A stretch of DNA of 64,000 nucleotides from NCBI RefSeq assembly GCF_963921235.1, contig NC_086097.1:142416001-142480000 (forward strand), in the 5' to 3' direction. Below the pieces are notes generated by a model. The model saw nothing but the letters and a program-made list of their open reading frames with translations, did not search any database and was not told the origin of the DNA. The DNA comes from Mobula hypostoma. Lineage: Eukaryota. Positions 39,591 to 51,117 of this stretch are shown here, piece after piece; position 1 is the stretch's first letter; each line of letters starts with the position of its first letter. Position numbers and translations under genes: made by a program.

Positions 39591-40289
39591 TTATTGCTTT
39601 AAGGCCTATTAATTTCTCCATTTTTTTTAAGCTGGTACTCTCTCTCTAAATCTGTTCTCTGCTACCATTGCAGTTTTTGCCTTAAATATTACTTTCAAAC
39701 TATTGATGAATTTTTGATGTTTGATGTTGTTTGCCTACCGTGAAACCTTTTAATCTACCATGGCCAACACATAACTCATACCTTCATGTATTGCCTTGTC
39801 TGTGTGGATTTAAGATCCTAACTTCAGATCAAACTAAATTACATTTTAGATTTAATAAAAAATTCTGATCAATATACAATAGGCTTGTGTAAAATGTTAT
39901 AAATTAAAAATATTAATTACCATGCATCTCAGCAAAAAGATTATTCATCATATTTATAGTCATCAAATAAATTTCCTCTGTTGGGACCCGCTCCAGTTTC
40001 CATGGGAAATGACCTGCTTATGCTGGCACCTGACAGCCAATGTAGAGGAGTTTCTGAAAGCTAAATACAGGCTGTCCTTTGGCTCTGAGTGATAATTTAT
40101 GCATTCTTTATATTGAGGTTCACATCCTCACCTTAAATTCTGAAATTGTTTGAGAAAGTAGTGATATTTTCTCTGTGGCACAGGTAGTCCATGTGATTAA
40201 TTTCTCACCACCTCCCAAGGCAGGTGACAGAGATTTAGAGGTTGAAATTAATCTTGAATTAATGTGTGGCACATTGGAATTCACATTTG

Positions 40290-40890
40290 TCTACTCTTCT
40301 TGTGGTGTGTTTTCGGGCCAATTGAGCAATCTGGCGCTTTGCTGTCTTCAAGGGGGTTTGATGAAGAAGTGTGCGGCCTTGGGGCCAAGAAGTCTGAAGA
40401 CGGGGGTGGGGGTGGGCGCGAGTCCATGATCAACTATGTTTCCCGCCAACTGGAACGTCGAGGAAGATTGAAATAATTGACGTGAGAACGGAATGCGAGA
40501 GGGTGTTCAGCGCCGTCTACTAGCTTCTTGCTGACTGCTGCTGGGGGAAGGTAACTGTGTGTGATGGTCTCCCTCAAGCTCAATGTTGCCGGAGGATTGT
40601 GTGAGAGGCCTGGAACTCGGCAAGGTTCAATGGTTTATGGATTGGACTCTGCAGTTCACCTTATGATGCCTGGACTCTTTCGATTTTGTGTTTTATATTT
40701 CTGTGTTTTTCACTTGTTTTTTGCCACTTTTTTTGTTATTTGTTTTTTTTTGTGCGTGGGGGTTGGGATTTGATGTTTTTCTTTGAGCGGGTTCCTTCGT
40801 TTTCTTAATTTCATGGCTGTCTGTTGGAAGGTGAATCTCAGGGTTGTATACTGCATACTTACTTTGATATTTGTACTTTGAACCTTTATT
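40290..40890 (+). mobile_element. Unclassified non-autonomous retroposon with Rex/Babar-like tail
   Basis: 3' end GAATCTCAGGGTTGTATA...TACTTTGAAC resembles the tail at 55000-55070 (minus strand); shares GAGCAATCTGG(C/T)GCTT with the insertion at about 30905-31740. Confidence 0.4.
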
Positions 40891-41244
40891 TTTAACCCTT
40901 GTGAGTTTGTGGTTGATTTAGTGGTTCATTTTTGAAAAGGTGGTTGGTTATTATTGTATTTAAATTTTAGATGATCATGTCACAAGGGAAATGTGGTAAC
41001 TGAAGAGAAAATAACTTCCATATTCAGCCCCAAATCTGATTTCCCACCCATCATCTGTGCCACTCTACGACATTTCACCTCCAGTCTCTGCCTCTTTGAT
41101 CCCTAACAGTATTTCCCTGCCTCTGGGACCTGTCCAAGTGCATCCCCTGCCATCTTTTAATCTCATATGTTTCCATGTGTTCTTCACTGAGACAGTTCCC
41201 TTCCTACTGAATTCTCTGGAGTTATGTCATTTGGCCACGTTCAT

Positions 41245-41281
41245 CTCTCTCTCTCTCTCTCTCTCTCACTCTCTCTCTCTC
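41245..41281. repeat. (CT)n microsatellite
   Basis: Direct reading, one interruption. Confidence 0.9.
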
Positions 41282-41299
41282 CCCAAGTACATATTAAGT

Positions 41300-41730
41300 G
41301 AACACGGTCTCTGCCTATATCACCCTTTCCATAGTGTCTTCCACCATGGAAAAAAAATTCCTATGGCTCCCCTTTAACCCTTCCTACCAATTGCTTTATG
41401 CTGATGCTTCTTGCTTTTAAGCCCCTCTGCCAAAAAAAAGGTTTTGTTACTTTTACTCAATCTAGGCCCTCACAATCTTGCTTACCTCTCCCTTCAGCAT
41501 CTCCTGTTACAAAGAAAACAACACCAGCCTATCAAACCTGTCTCCATGTCCACAATTTTCCTGTCCTCACCACACCTTTGCAGATCTCCTTTGGACTGTC
41601 TCCAGTGTAATCATATCCTTCCCGTGACCAGAATTGTACTTGCTCTGACTGCGGAATAACTAATGTATATAGTTCTAGATTAACCTCTGCGCTTTTATAT
41701 TCTCCTCCTTGGCTAATAAAGGAAAACGTC
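41300..41730 (-). mobile_element. Degenerate CR1 fragment
   Basis: FISQGGEYKSAEVNLELY..VQFWS remnant. Confidence 0.6.
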
Positions 41731-41737
41731 ACTTATG

Positions 41738-42068
41738 TATATCAATGACATTGAGCTGAGGAAGCAGGATATCTATAAACACTCACAGTATCCTATTGAC
41801 ATTGAACTGAAGAAACAGGATGTCTATAAATACTCAGATTGTATCACTGACATTTAACTGATGTAGAAGTATGTCTATAAATGCTCATTCTATATGACCG
41901 GTATTTAATTGAGCAACCATGATATCTATAATTGCTTAGATTATATCACTGACATTTAACTGATATAGAAGAGTTTCTATAAATGCTCATACTATAACAT
42001 GAACTAAGGAACCTGGCTCATGCTAAGAACACTGACGTTTAATCACCAGAGGAATATCTATAAATATA
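41738..42068. repeat. 51-bp minisatellite, about 6 degenerate units
   Basis: TCTATAA at 41772, 41823, 41874, 41925 and 41976 (exact 51-nt spacing), and out of register at 42057. Confidence 0.88.
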
Positions 42069-42414
42069 CCTTTATGACATGTCTGTGGTTTCTCATACTT
42101 GCTCACTCATCTCTAAATTAGGACTGAGTTCATGGGATTTAATGCAATAAAGGATTTTATAATTTTGAGGAGGATAAAGCATTTTCTGAAAGCAGGTCTC
42201 TGAACAGCTTTGTGGAAACTCCTTTTATTATACATTAATTCAAGAAACAGATCCACCACTGACATCTCCAACAAGAGATAGACGTTAAATACTAACCTTG
42301 TAACAGACATAGGAATGTTTTGTTTTTAATTTAAGAAGGGCCTGAGGAACAGCACCTGATGGTCTCCTCACTAATTTAATCTTTTCATTTTTTTTTGTAT
42401 CTTCAAACACTTAC

Positions 42415-42564
42415 CTTCTTGTTTTGGTCTTCCTAAGACCTTCATGACCTCTGAATTGGTGGGGTTCTGACCCAGGGCGCGCATGACATCACCACACTGG
42501 GCATAAGTAATCTTCATCTCTAAGTTGGGCGTTCTGTCAAACAGAGTGAATGCTTCCTTGAAAT
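42415..42564 (-). CDS. MYL3: MYL3-like coding exon 3
   Basis: 150 nt, tttcag acceptor and gtaag donor; (D)[49 protein letters not shown]. FDRTPxxEMKITY is typical of MYL3/MYL4; [11 protein letters not shown] favours MYL3. Confidence 0.95.
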
Positions 42565-43079
42565 CTGAAAGAAAGAAACAGTCTGAGAAGGAGCAAAGGG
42601 AATAATTGGAATTTTTTCCATGTCATAATTAGGCTGATATGGAATACTGCCAATTCCAGGTTCTTTTTACCCTCTTTACAGTGATTATATAACATATTAG
42701 TGTCTAAAGTGTACCTTTTCCCAATTATCAGCTTCTTGTTGACTGACACATTCTAGTGACCCATTTTAATTATGAATTTACTTGTTTCAGAGTGTAATTT
42801 CAGGAATAATATATGGAAAAGTATTAAATACAAAGTGAGTGAATCTCACTGCAGATATATCAGTAGACAGGCCTCAGCTGTGTGCCTGGGTCTGCATACT
42901 GTATCATTAATCTCAGTGGGACAATTTGAAACATTGGTAAAGGGAGCAGAGGTAACGTGGCCTCCGTGCTGTAATTTCATAATTCCAGATGATTACCAGT
43001 GCCGAAAGGAGATGTGCATTTGTACCTGAAAGTTGCAGCTGGAGTCATACACACCCCACCATAAAAATTCCTCATGGTA

Positions 43080-44105
43080 GACTGGTCCATAGGTCTTGGT
43101 AAATTGGATGCAAAATTGGCTTGGCCATACAAGACAGAGAAGGTAGTGGTGGAAGGGATATTTCTCTGACTTGAGGTCCGTGACCCAGGGGCATTCTAAA
43201 GAATCAGCACTGGGACCTGTACTGTGTGTGATATATGTGTTAGTTATCTGGTTGAAAATATAAGTGGTCGAAGTAGTAAGTTTGCAAAAACACAAAAATT
43301 GGTGGAGCCGTGGACAGCAAGGAAAAATGCAAAAGGAACAGCCGGATATAGATCAATCAGAGATCATGGCAGAGGGAATTTAAGCTGGATAAATGTGAGG
43401 TGTTGCATTTTGGAAGATCAAATACAAAAGGAAAATATGCAGAAAATAGCAAAACCCTTTGGGCTTCTGATGTACAGAGTGGTCTTGGGGTGAAAGTTCA
43501 TTGCTCCCTGAAAATGGTAAAGCAATAGGATAGGGTGGCAAGAAAGCATCGATGTTCTTGCCTTCATTGTTGGGACATTGATTATAAAAGTTGGGAAGTC
43601 ATTTTGCTGCTGTATAAGACTTCAGTTTGGCACATTTAGAGTACTGTGTGAAGTCTTGTTTCCACAGTAATAGGAGGCTTTGGAGAGGATACTGAAGAAG
43701 TCAGGCAAACTTGGATTGTTTTCCCTGGAGAATTGAAGGCTAAGGGGTGACCTGATGGAAGTATACAAAATTATAAGAGGCACAGAAAGGGTTCATAGTG
43801 AGAGACTTTTTGTCATGGTGGAAATTTCAAAAATTAAAGGACATGTCTTTAAGGTGAGAGGAAGAAAGTTTAAAGATGTATGAGGCGCAAGGTTTTTTTT
43901 AAACACAGTGAGTGATAGTGCCTGGAACACACTGCCAGGAGAAATCGTGGATGCAGATGCAATAGAAACATTTAAGAGACATTTAAACTGATACATGACC
44001 AGGTGTGAAACAGAAAGATACGGGCCATGTGCAGGCAATTAAGATTAGTTTAGATTAGCACCAGACTTGCTGGGATGAAGAGCCTAGGTTTGTGCTGTAC
44101 TCATA
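43080..44105 (+). mobile_element. Degenerate CR1 3' fragment
   Basis: SKFAKTQKL-like RT remnant through a CR1-type 3' UTR. Confidence 0.75.
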
Positions 44106-44486
44106 TGTTAAAACTTCTTTTATTATATTGCCTCTAAGTCTGTCAACAGATATGTGACTATCAATTCATTCAGAAATAACTTTGCAAAGCATATTTAAGT
44201 ATGAATGGTAGTTTTGATTGGAAGGTGCCACCTGAGAGGGTACTGAGACGTACATTCAATAGTAATTTTCAATATGTTATTGTTGTGGAGACTACGGTGA
44301 GTGTTGATAAAGAGGAAGTGAATGGAAACAATTGGAAAACTTTTTCAAATAGGTGGCACAGGTTTGATGGGTCAATGAGATCGATATTTGCTGTAATATT
44401 CTCTGATGGCATGAACAGCTTTTTATTAACCTCCCTCCTCTAACGATACTGAGCTCACACAATGTCCATGGTGCTGACGCACTCAC

Positions 44487-44514
44487 CTTCAATCTGATCA
44501 GCAGTGAATTCAAG
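44487..44514 (-). CDS. MYL3: MYL3-like coding exon 2
   Basis: tttcag|CTTGAATTCACTGCTGATCAGATTGAAG|gtgagt; 28 nt, LEFTADQIE(D); phases match both neighbouring exons. Confidence 0.93.
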
Positions 44515-45164
44515 CTGAAAAGGAAGGAATACTTGTGTTAGGCAAAAGATTTAACTTTTTTAAAAAGTTACAAGAATTATTTATTTTAAATATGATTAAA
44601 AATACACAATCGTACAGAATCATTTGTGCCTCTTATTGGAAATAATTAATTTATATGGTGCTTCAAATGAAATAAGGTATTTTAAGGGACATTACAGGAG
44701 CAGCATCAAACAATATTTGTCGTACAGTGATATAGAGGGTGATAAGAACAGATGAAAAGTTTATTCAGAGAGATAGCTTCTTTTTGGGGGGAGCATCATA
44801 AAAGGGGAAAGACAGGAAAATGTAGGAAGGGAGAGGTTCAGACTCTGGTAGCTAAAAGACAAGAGTCACTGATACTAGAAAGACTAAAATTAGTAAGAAA
44901 CAACTTGTGAAACATCAAGATTTCCTATACAGCCAAAAGTCTTAGAAATTTATTTCATATTGTAAGATCGGAAAGTATAGTAACCATTATGTATAGCTTC
45001 CCAAGAACCAGTAACTAACTGAGCAAACCATTTATGGTGATGGTTAAGGAATAGACATTTACTAGTACATGGTAAAAACCCCCTTCTTCTTTGCCAAATT
45101 TGTGGCATAATCCCCTTTTGCCTTTCTGATTACATTTTAGCAGTCTGACACTCAGACATCAAGA

Positions 45165-45485
45165 TGGCAGAGTCGATCATGCTGCTGCATCACAGCTTCA
45201 GCAACTGTGGTTCAGTCCTGACCCCTGGTGCTATCATAGTGGAATTTACAAGTTTGCTCTATGAATACACATATTTTTGCCTGGGGCTCTGATTTCCTTC
45301 CACATCCCAAAGATGTGCAGGTTGATATGTTATTTAGCTACTTTCAATCACCCTAGAGTGGATAGGTGGTAGGAGAATTGGGGTGGCACTGATGGGCACA
45401 TGAGAGAAGGAGGGAATGGAATTGATAGGATTGCTCTGAAAACTGGCACACACTTGATGGGCTGAATGGCCTCCCATCTGTGTAC
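45165..45485 (+). mobile_element. tRNA-derived V-SINE-like element with CR1-type tail
   Basis: Degenerate B box GGTTCAGTCC, V-domain-like GCTCTGATTTCCTTCCACATCCCAAAGATGTGC, tail GGGCTGAATGGCCTCC. Confidence 0.6.
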
Positions 45486-46079
45486 AGAGAAATTAAGAAA
45501 ATAGTGAATATCCTCTGTATATATGACTCATTCTTCACAATTTGTTATGTATTATTTTGCTCTATGTTTTATTGATCTTTTGTGCTTTATGAATGCAGAT
45601 TTAACAAGAAACAGAGTCACAATCAAACAGCACATAGAGAACCTACAGAGGTGACACCTAGTGTCAGGGTTAGAGTAGCAAAGAAAAACAGTACGAACTT
45701 GCCTTTGCAGCCTGGAATGAAGGCTTTACTATAGAAGTACGTATGAGAAATAGTCAAACAAATTGGTTGCTTTTCCATTTTAAATTCTGAGAGTAAGAAA
45801 GGAGTCATCAATTCAAATTTATAATAGATTATTCAGGAAGCACCAAGAAATGCTTCTTCACAGAAAGAATTCTCAGTGTCTAGAATGTGTCTGTTTCTTT
45901 CCTGTGTGCAGAACGGTTGTTTCATTTGTATTTAACTGCAGGACTGTTCTTCATTGAGGGAAGTGATTGGTTGTTCTTTCGCTATCAGGGTGTGAAATCA
46001 GTTTTAATAATAACTTCAACGTCATTCCTTTCTGTCAGCTTTGTAAAATTTAAATATCGTGATGCTGTAAATTTGAAAT

Positions 46080-46600
46080 AAAACATTAAATGTAGGTAAT
46101 ATTAATAGATCAGGCAGCAGCTGTGTAGAGAGAAAAATGCAGGAACATTTCAGGTCAGTGATTTTTCAACAGATTAAAAAAATATAAAAGCATGAAAAGA
46201 GGGCAGGGAGGAAAATGCAAAGGTAAAGGAGGAGAAATCAGATGAGAAAAAACTATGTCTGTGCAAGATGAAAACATATGTAAATGAAACAAGCAAAGGA
46301 ACAAAACAGGACAAACATTACTGGAAATCAGAAGAAAAAAATATATTACTGGAAATACTCAACAGATCAGATTACCTCTGGACATTGATGTCGTTAATGT
46401 GTAAGATCAATAACTTTTCAAATTCTTTAAATGTGATGTGAATGAGAATATTAGAATTACTATCTGAAATTGTTGAGTTAGTTCAGAAAACATCAGGTAT
46501 CTAACAGATGAGATACTGTTCCTAAAGTTTACAAAGGCCTTATTGGAGTCATGTTGGTAATCCAGAACAGAGAGCTCAGAGTGGGGGTGGGTGGAGGGAA
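46080..46600 (-). mobile_element. Highly degenerate Penelope remnants
   Basis: Terminal-repeat-like motifs at 46090-46170 and 46320-46400, plus an endonuclease C-terminal remnant at about 46460-46560. Confidence 0.4.
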
Positions 46601-47149
46601 AGAGGAGGGGGTGGGGGGGTGAAAATCTATAGTTAGAGATGACTGGAAGCTTAAGGGTCAAGTGCACTGGTTGAAATTAAGCATTACAAAAAATTGTCAA
46701 TTTGTGTTTTCAGGCCCTATATTGTGAGCTGTGAGAACAGTATATTACATTGAACTGGAGGAACTGTCCGATACCCTTGCTGTAGGGGAGGGAAAGAGAA
46801 GATTCAGGTGTTGCATTTCTTGTGATTTAAGGGTTTTGAGTGTTTAGGCTGGTAGGGTGGAAGACAGGAGGAACTCTGTCATGGTTCTCAGAAAGAGGGG
46901 AGCCATGAAGGTACAAGTAAGGAAATCTATTGGAGCTAGCAGGAAGCTTTGTAAATTACAGCAGAAGGAATTTGTAGTTGTAGAGAAAAGATTATGTATC
47001 AGAACAATTGATATGGAAAGTGGCTCTGGCAGAACAGATGCACTTGTAATTAGGGAAGTTATTCAGCTGAGCAGATCCTTAGCTCTGCAATCAACTCTTT
47101 AATCCTCTCTGGTGTTCTGTCTTTTGCCTTCCTTTCAGATAGCCGTAAA

Positions 47150-48012
47150 ACAAGTGCTTTTGCCAAATGTTTTGTCACTTGCAGATGGCAGTAAAATAGA
47201 TGGTGCCATTGTTAATATCAGGATGTACAGACGGATCTTAAACAGCTGAGTAAGTGGGCTAAGGAATGAGAAACGAAGTTTCATTCAGATACTTGTGAGA
47301 AGCTGCATTTTGGAAAAGCAAATGTGGATAGGATATTCACAGTGAAAGGTAGAGCCCTGGGGAACGTTGTAGAACAGAGGGATGTAGAAGCACAAGTACA
47401 TGGTTCCCTGAAAGTTGCACCACAGGTAGACAGGTTGATGAAGAAGGCTTTTAGCATGCTGGTCTTCATTAGTCTGGGCACTGAGTATGGAAGCTGGGAT
47501 GTTATTGCAGTGTACAAGATGTTGACGAGTCTGCTTTTGGGATATTGTGTTCTGTTTTGGCCGCCCTTCTCTAGGAAAGATACCATTAAGCTTGAAAGAG
47601 CGCAGAGGAAACCTACAAGGTGTTGCCAGGATTTGAGGGACTGAGTTACGGAAAGAAGGTGAGCAGTTTGGAGCTTTTTTTATTGGAGCATAGGAGGATG
47701 AGAGGCTTATAGAATCATGAAGGGCATAGATAGAGTCAATCCACAGTCTTTTCCCTGTGGTTCAGGAAATCAAAAGCTAGAAGGCATAGAGATAAGGTGA
47801 GGGGGAGATATTTAATAGTAACTTGAGGAGCAAAATTTTCACATGGAGGGTGGTCAGTATATGGAATAAGCTGCCAGAGGAATTAGTGGAGGCAGGTACA
47901 TTGGTGGATAGGAAAGGATTTAGAGAGATGGCATCCAAACACAGGTAAATGAGACAAGCTTAGATGGGAATCTTGGTCAGTATGGACAAGTTGGTCTGTA
48001 TGACTCTATGAC
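47150..48012 (+). mobile_element. CR1 3' fragment
   Basis: VEQRDVEAQVHGSLKVAPQVDR..YCVLFWPP; tail TATGACTCTATGACT. Confidence 0.8.
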
Positions 48013-48439
48013 TTGCACGAATATCTTTTATTGTGGCTTAATAAAAAGGATTGTTTGATAATGTTCCTCGGAAGTGAATTTGGCTGTTCAGCTACATAAA
48101 AGGCGCTATTTACAAGAATTGGGCAAATGTGACTCTTTCATTCTCTGCAGGAATTGGAGATGTTATTCTTGTACACAAGTCTAAACCTCATGGATAAAAT
48201 AAAACCAGATCTCTCAGTTTTAGTGATTCCATGCTTTGCAAGCAGAAGACTGAACTTGTTATTTATCCACTTCAGATACATAGTGTGAACATCAAAGTGC
48301 CAGAGACAGTAAAACATGCAATAGGTGTAGAATTAACCCGACCCCCACTCTTTGATCATCTTCACTGACGGGGAGTTTTGTGATCAGTGATTGATCAAAA
48401 TGGAGAAGGAACATCCAGGAAGGTACCAAGACCTTGAGA

Positions 48440-48449
48440 CTATTTATAG
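48440..48449. promoter_or_regulatory. Consensus MEF2 site in intron 1
   Basis: CTATTTATAG is an exact match to YTA(A/T)4TAR, in apparently non-repetitive intron sequence. Confidence 0.4.
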
Positions 48450-48924
48450 GGAGTGCACAGCCCAGCAAACATTGTGAAAGGACTGCACCACCTCCAAAAT
48501 TACCCAACCACCTCATTAATCACCTCCAGGAGTGAGGCAAGCTACCTCAGCGTCACCAACTACCCAAGTAAAGATGCTTCAGCATTATTTCTTTTGAATG
48601 TCTTGTCCAAGATTAACTTAGCCTCAACTCAAACCTCATATTTGAACCATCAGATTCACTATTTTCATATCAGCAATTTCTTTATCCATCTTGCAGCTGA
48701 ATGACATATTGATACCTCCCATCATGAAGCACAGACACCCAATATTCTCTATTTTTGTTTCTAGCTTGATTATAATTTTCATAAGTTTCTTCCTAGTTAT
48801 CAGGTGAACACAATGAAGTCATATTTATTCCTTGAGAAAGTTAAACTGGGCTTTCCTTTCAGATGGTAGCATTGGTTTTTGCAAATGGGTGGCTAAAAGG
48901 GCAGGTCAGTTGGAAGACAAAAGA

Positions 48925-49042
48925 GAGAAAATCTGCAGATGCTGGAAATCTGAGCAACACACACAAAATGCTGGAGGGCCAGGCAGCGTCTACGGAAAAA
49001 AGTACAGTCGACGTATCGGGCTGAAACACTTCGGCAGGACTG
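48925..49042 (-). mobile_element. Penelope-terminus mini-insertion with variant hammerhead
   Basis: Homologous to 57492-57633; minus strand AGTCCTGCCGAAGTGTTTCAGCCCGATACGTCGACT at 49041-49006. Confidence 0.75.
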
Positions 49043-49179
49043 AATCGAGGTCAGTTAGAACCAAGGTTCAGCAAAATATTCTCAAAGTGGCCAAAATGAG
49101 CTGAAGTGGCAAAGTATCTTCCTTACACTAATAAAGTAGCTCTCCTTTCACAGCAATCCAAGAGCTTTTATAATTATTT

Positions 49180-49378
49180 TTCTGGGTGCTTCGGTTTCCT
49201 CCCACATTCAAGAGATGTACGGTTAGAGTTAGTGAGTTGTGGTCACACTATGCTGGTGCAAGTAGCATGGCGACATTTATAGGCTGCCCAGCACAATCCT
49301 CATTGACTTTATTTGGCACAAACAACTCATTTCACTGTATGCTTCAATGTATATGTGACAAATAAAGCTAATCTTTAA
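49180..49378 (+). mobile_element. V-SINE-like fragment
   Basis: GGGTGCTTCGGTTTCCTCCCACATTC motif and tail TGTGACAAATAAAGCTAATCTTT. Confidence 0.6.
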
Positions 49379-49847
49379 CAATATATGTTTTTCTAAATGA
49401 GGAGAGTCCAAGTTCCAATTCACCTTTTACTATCTACCCTAGCAACCATATGACACAAACTTACCAGGCTTATTGAACACAATTACACACTTTGCCAGCA
49501 TCTGAGCTTCCAGTTTTCCTGAAGTGCACCATAACCACTAGAAGGAACAAACTACAAAATGCCAAATCTCTGTTGTCTACAACCTGTTCTACTCGAAGCT
49601 CTGTTCACTTACTGCTCCTGACTCTGACATCGAAACCTGTGTACTCATTGACAAGCCACTGCTCACTCTCCCCCTCAACAACCTCTAAGTAAAACTTTTA
49701 TAACTTCAGATGCTCAACATGGTGAACTCTTCCATTTTGTAGAGCATTTCCCATGCCAAAGTTTCTTTTATTTTCAGAATTAATTTAGAACCACACACTG
49801 AAAGGAAGTGATTAGATGCCCCTTGCTGATGGGGGAGATGTACTCAC

Positions 49848-49955
49848 AGTTACTGACTTGGGGTCGAATTCAGGCTCCTTGGGAACCTCTGGCTCAGGAC
49901 GCTTCACCTCCTTCTTCGGCTCCTCTTTTTTGGGCTCGGGTTTCTTGGGTGCCAT
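49848..49955 (-). CDS. MYL3: Essential myosin light chain (MYL3-like), coding exon 1
   Basis: ATG at 49955-49953; reads MAPKKPEPKKEEPKKEVKRPEPEVPKEPEFDPKSVT, with the MAPKK N-terminus of long essential light chains; ends at donor GTGAGT, phase 0; 108 nt. Confidence 0.93.
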
Positions 49956-50042
49956 GTTTAGGTGTCAGAAAGAAACGTCAGGACAACAAAGGGAAAGGAC
50001 AGAGGCTGAGCAGAGAATGGGGACACGAAGTCTGGGACAGAG

Positions 50043-50166
50043 GCCTTTTATCTCTTGTCAGCTCTCTCAAACATGCCACAGCACCATTTCCCCTTGCATT
50101 CCAGGCCTGGCAATACAATCTTCACTATAAATGGAAGAAGCATCTGTTGCTATTTAAGAGCAGCTG
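50043..50166 (-). promoter_or_regulatory. Proximal muscle-type promoter of the MYL3-like gene
   Basis: 90-210 nt upstream of the ATG: E-boxes CAGCTG (50161-50166) and CAGATG (50141-50146), A/T-rich CTTAAATAG (50150-50158), CArG-like CCATTTATAG (50125-50134), AGATAAAAGG (50044-50053). Confidence 0.6.
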
Positions 50167-51117
50167 AACTTACTATTGTTACCAACCAGTCTTAGGTAGA
50201 AGAGATTCTGAGTCGACAAATCACAAAGGTGACAAAGCCACTGTCTAGATTCTCTGTCACAGTAGCAACAACTTCAAAACTTTTATCAGCAGTTTTCTAC
50301 AAAATGTAGTTTTATATGAATTGTTTATTTCATTCTGGTTTTTAGTGTCACGGTGTAATTCAGCCCACCATGTTCATACTGAATATTAAGCACCCATTTA
50401 CATTAATCCTATGCATTTTCCATTTTATTCTCCCTGCATTCCTGTTTTATTTTCCCCACGTTGTCCTATTCTCTCCTCATGTTCTTTGCAAATGAGTTTA
50501 GAGAGTGAGTGTTAGTGTGATGATTTATTTAAACCCTCTGAATAAAAGATTGAAGACCCAGTCCAAGAATGGAGCATACCATCCAGTTCAGCGGTGCAAC
50601 TCAAACTTGTTTCTTATTCTCGTACTTCTTTCTGACTGAAGGTTCCAAGGCAGTTTTGGAGACTAGAGAAGTTCCGCAAATGCACTGACCAATATTTCTT
50701 CTTTAAATTATACTGGAAAAACTGCAGTTCAATTTATAGGCTCTGCACGTGTGTGAACTGCTGCTGCTTTTACACAAAACTGTTACATCTTTAGTTCTAT
50801 AAATGCCTTCCCTAGTTCTGTGGCATTAGGTGCTCCTTTAGCACAATTGTTGTCGGAGTCTATTCGCACTGTATACTTGGTGAAAAGCACGCTGGGGGGG
50901 GGGCGGCAGAAATACCTCCTTGTTATTTTATTTGGATATTTGAAGGTTTTGCAAGTGTATTTATTCAAAATTTAATGGTGGATTGAAGGAAAAGGAGATA
51001 CGGTGAAATTTTGATTTGAACTGAAATTTACTTGGTTTTACAGTAAAAGGAAAAGGTCATGGTGCATCTGTTTCAGCGTCCACATCGTGCAAATAACTAG
51101 AAAACAATAATAATGGA

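Noticed and set aside
41738..42068. CRISPR-like array
   Set aside because: Whole units are homologous with no unique spacers, and the context is a vertebrate intron without cas genes.
49808..50167. Plus-strand ORFs over exon 1 and the promoter
   Set aside because: Antisense to the real exon, with no independent coding evidence.
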